Positions 61,101-64,000 of a stretch of DNA of 64,000 bases are shown in pieces. Below the pieces are notes generated by a model, which worked only from the letters and a program-made list of their open reading frames with translations, was not told where the DNA came from and searched no databases. Numbering within the stretch: the first letter of the stretch is position 1; every line of letters starts with the position of its first letter. The stretch is from Eledone cirrhosa (lineage: Eukaryota): assembly GCA_964016885.1 (NCBI GenBank), contig OZ024743.1, positions 141,980,001 through 142,044,000 of the forward strand, in the 5' to 3' direction. The position numbers and the translations under genes were made by a program.

Positions 61101-62140
61101 TGCTTGGTGTTTGATGCTTGGTGCTTGGTGCTTGGTGTTTGGTGTTTGGTGTTTGCTGTTTGGTGTTTGGTGCTTGGTGCTTGGTGCTTGGTGTTTGGTG
61201 CTTGGTGCTTGGTGTTTGGTGCTTGGTGCTTGATGGTTGGTGTTTGTACTTGGTGCTTGGTGCTTGGTGTTTTGTGCTTGATTCTTGGTGTTTGGTGCTT
61301 GGTGTTTGCTGCTTAGTGCTTGGTGTTTGGTGTTTGGTGCTTGGTGTTTGGTGCTTGGTGCTTGGTGCTTGGTGTTAGGTGTTTGGTGCTTGGTGTTTGG
61401 TGTTTGGTGCTTCATGCTTGGTGCTTGGTGTTTGGTGCTTGGTGTTTGGTGCTTGGTGCCTGGTGTTTGGTGCTTGATGCTTGGTGTTTGGTGTTTGGTG
61501 CTTGGTGTTTGGTGCTTGGTGCTTGGTGCTTGGTGTTAGGTGTTAGGTGTTTGATGCTTGGTGTTTGCTGTTTGGTGTTTGTTGTTTGCTGTTTGTTATT
61601 TGGTCTTTGGTGCTTGGTCTTTGGTGCTTGGTGTTTGGTGCTTGGTGCTTGGTGTTTGGTGTTTGGTGCTTGGTGCCTGGTGCTTGTTGTTTGGTGATTG
61701 GTGCTTGGTGTTTGCTGTTTGGTGTTTGGTGTTTGGTGTTTGCTGTTTTGTGTTTGGTGCTTGGTGCTTGGTGCTTGGTGTTTGGTGTTTGGTGCTTGGT
61801 GCTTGATGCTTGGTGTTTGTACTTGGTGCTTGGTGCTTGGTGTTTTGTGCTTGATTCTTGGTGTTTGGTGCTTGGTGTTTGGTGCTTAGTGCTTGGTGTT
61901 TGGTGTTTGGTGCTTGGTATTTGGTGCTTGGTGCTTGGTGCTTGGTGTTAGGTGTTTGGTGCTTGGTGTTTGGTGTTTGGTGCTTCATGCTTGGTGCTTG
62001 GTGTTTGGTGCTTGGTGCTTGCTGTTTGGTGCTTGGTGTCTGGTGCATGGTGTTTGGTGCTTGATGCTTGGTGTTTGGTGTTTGGTGCTTGGTGTTTGGT
62101 GCTGGGTGCTTGGTGCTTGGTGTTAGGTGTTAGGTGTTTG
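60930..62140. repeat. Tandem duplication, period about 0.57-0.69 kb
   Basis: 61285/61858 and 61320/61893 are offset by 573. Both copies carry TTGATTC and CTTCATGC (61410/61983) and TTAGGTGTTAGG (about 61536/62123). Confidence 0.8.
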
Positions 62141-64000
62141 GTGATTGGTGCTTGGTGTTTGGTGCTTGGTGCTTGATGTTTGGTGCTTGGTGCTTGGTGT
62201 TTGGTGCTTGGTGTTTGGTGCTTGGTACTTGGGGCTTGGTGTTTGGTGCTTGGTGCTTGGTGTTTGGTGCTTGGTGTTTGGTGTTTGGTGCTTGGTGTTT
62301 GGTGCTTGGTGCTTGGTGCTGGGTGGTTGGTGTTTGGTGCTTGGTGCTTGGTGTTTGGTGCTTGGTGCTTGGTGTTTGGTGCTTGGCGCTTGGTGCTTGG
62401 TCTTTGGTGCTTGGTGATTAGTGTTTGGTGCTTGGTGCTTGGGGTTTGGTGTTTGGTGCTTGGTGCTTGGTGTTTGGTGCTTGGTGCTTGGTGTTTGGTG
62501 CTTGATGTTTGGTTTTTGCTGTTTGGTGTTTGGTGTTTGCTGTTTGCTGTTTGCTGTTTGGTGTCTGCTTTTTGGTGTTTGGTGTTTGCTGTATCGTGTT
62601 TGCTGTTTCGTGTTTATTGTTTGCTGTTTGGTGTTTGGTGTTTGGTGTTTGGTGTTTCCTGTTTGGTGTTTAGTCTTTGGTGCTTGGTGTTTGGTGCTTG
62701 GTGCTTGGTGTTTGGTGTTTGGTGCTTGGTGCTTGGTGTTTGGTGCTTGGTGCTTGTTGTTTGGTGATTGGTGCTTGGTGCTTGGTGTTTGGTGTTTGGT
62801 GCTTGGGGCTTGGTGTTTGGTGCTGCGTGCTTGGTGCTTGGTACTTGGTGCTTGGTGCTTGGTGTTTGGTGTTTGATGATTGGTGTTTGGTGTTTGGTGT
62901 TTGGTGCTTGGTGCTTGGTGTTTGGTGTTTGATGCTTGCTGCTTGATGCTTGGTGCTTGGTGCTTGGTGTTTGGTGCTTGGTGCTTGGTACTTGGTGTTT
63001 GGTTCTTGGTGTTTGCTGTTTGCTGTTTGGTGTTTGGTGTTTGCTGTTTGGTGTTTGTTGTTTGGTGTTTGGTGCTTGGTGTTTGGTGCTTGGTGCTTGG
63101 TGTTTGGTGCTAGGTGCTTGGTGCTTGGTGCTTGGTGCTTGGTGCTTGGTGCTTGGTGTTAGGTGTTTGGTGCTTCATGCCTGGTGCTTGGTGTTTGGTG
63201 CTTGGTGCTTGGTGTTTGGTGCTTGGTGCCTGGTGCATGGTGTTTGTTGCTTGGTGCTTGGTGTTTGGTGTTTGGTGCTTGGTGTTTGGTGCTTGGTGCT
63301 TGGTGTTAGGTGTTAGGTGTTTGGTGCTTGGTGCTTGGTCCTTGGTGTTTGGTGTTTGGTGTTTGGTGCTTGCTGCTTGCTGCTTGGTGTTTGGTGCTTG
63401 GTGATTGGTGCTTGGTGTTTGGTGCTTGGTGCTTGGTGTTTGGTGCTAGGTGCTTGGTTCTTGGTGCTTGGTGTTTGGTGTTTGGTGCTTGGTACTTGGG
63501 GCTTGGTGTTTGGTGCTTGGTGCTTCGTGTTTGGTGTTTGGTGCTTGGTGCTTGGTGTTTGGTGTTTGGTGCTTGCTACGTGGTGCTTGGTGCTTGGTGT
63601 TAGGTGTTTGGTGCTTGGTGCGTGGTGTTTGGTTTTTGGTGCTTGGTGCTTGGTGGTTGGTGTTTGGTGCTTGCTGCTGGCTGCTTGGTGTTTGGTGCTT
63701 GGTGATTGGTGCTTGGTGATTGGTGCTTGGTGTTTGGTGCTTGGTGTTTGGTGTTTGGTGCTAGGTGCTTGGTGTTTGGTGTTTGGTGCTTGGTGCTTGG
63801 TGTTTGGTGTTTGGTGCTTGGTGCTTGGTGTTTGGTGCTTGGTGCTGGGTGGTTGGTGTTTGGTGCTTGGTGTTTGGTGCTGGGTGCTTGGTGTTAGGTG
63901 CTTGGTGCTTGGTCTTTGGTGCTTGGTGTTTGGTGTTTGGTGCTTGGTGCTTGGTGCTTGGTGTTTGGTGCTTGGTGCTTGGTGTTTGGTGCTTGGTGCT

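Larger units (their letters stand above)
1..64000. repeat. Heptamer satellite array (TTGGTGY)n, about 9,100 units, extending beyond both window edges
   Basis: Directly visible throughout: TTGGTGC and TTGGTGT units mixed in roughly comparable amounts, with scattered single-base variants (TTGCTGT, TTGGTAC, TAGGTGY, TTGATGC, TTGTTGY, TGGGTGC, TTCGTGT). The G/T-rich strand is always the + strand and no non-repeat sequence is present. Unit count = 64000/7. Confidence 0.99.

Noticed and set aside
61536-63320. TTAGG (arthropod telomere motif), including TTAGGTGTTAGG doublets near 61536, 62123 and 63306, and isolated TCAGG elsewhere
   Set aside because: These are single T->A substitutions within the 7-bp register (TAGGTGT units) and never form tandem pentamers.
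2-63897. Hundreds of + strand ORFs encoding (WCLVLGA/WCLVFGV)n, superficially membrane proteins
   Set aside because: They overlap in all three frames with the same peptide, start mostly at TTG/GTG from the repeat itself, and have no unique domain. This is a mathematical consequence of a stop-free 7-mer.
1-64000. CRISPR array or other repeat-spacer system
   Set aside because: There are no unique spacers. Sequence between landmarks is the same heptamer, and no cas or other genes are present.
1-64000. RIP or CpG-deamination origin of the variants
   Set aside because: TpG/CpA dinucleotides (RIP targets) remain abundant and mostly unmutated. The dimorphic C is in a CTT context, not CpG. Non-CG methylation cannot be assessed from sequence.
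1-64000. Bacterial short tandem heptamer repeats (cyanobacterial STRR-type) or hairpin-forming heptamer tracts
   Set aside because: Those are typically short intergenic tracts, often with inverted partners. Here there is 64 kb or more in one orientation with no genes. A prokaryotic source is not formally excluded but is unsupported.
1-64000. Pure sequencing or assembly artefact, or synthetic low-complexity sequence
   Set aside because: Shared rare variants in conserved order, graded divergence between copies and in-register indels indicate real evolutionary history. Exact copy numbers still need read-level confirmation.

Overview
The whole 64 kb window is one uninterrupted, single-orientation tandem array of a 7-bp unit, TTGGTGY (TTGGTGC / TTGGTGT; minus strand GCACCAA / ACACCAA). 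I found no unique sequence, genes, RNA genes, transposon fragments, inversions or array ends. All ORFs in the track are best explained as artefacts: the unit has no stop codon in any frame on either strand, and because 7 is coprime with 3, every frame reads the same 7-residue cycle (WCLV[L/F]G[A/V] on +, TKHQ[A/T]P[S/N] on -). The information lies in the variant units. Rare landmark variants (GATTAG, TATATGC, a 6-nt TTGTAC unit, GCTGCTGGCTGC, GGATC, TTGCTGT blocks) recur in conserved order. They reveal nested higher-order repeats at about 0.4-0.8, 1.4, 2.2, 2.7-3.4, 7, 12 and about 31.8 kb, arranged in domains with private variants. This looks like a layered eukaryote-type heterochromatic satellite (centromeric, pericentromeric or subtelomeric), but organism and function cannot be determined from this window. 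Offsets were read by eye from landmarks and ORF-track coordinates, and domain boundaries are approximate.
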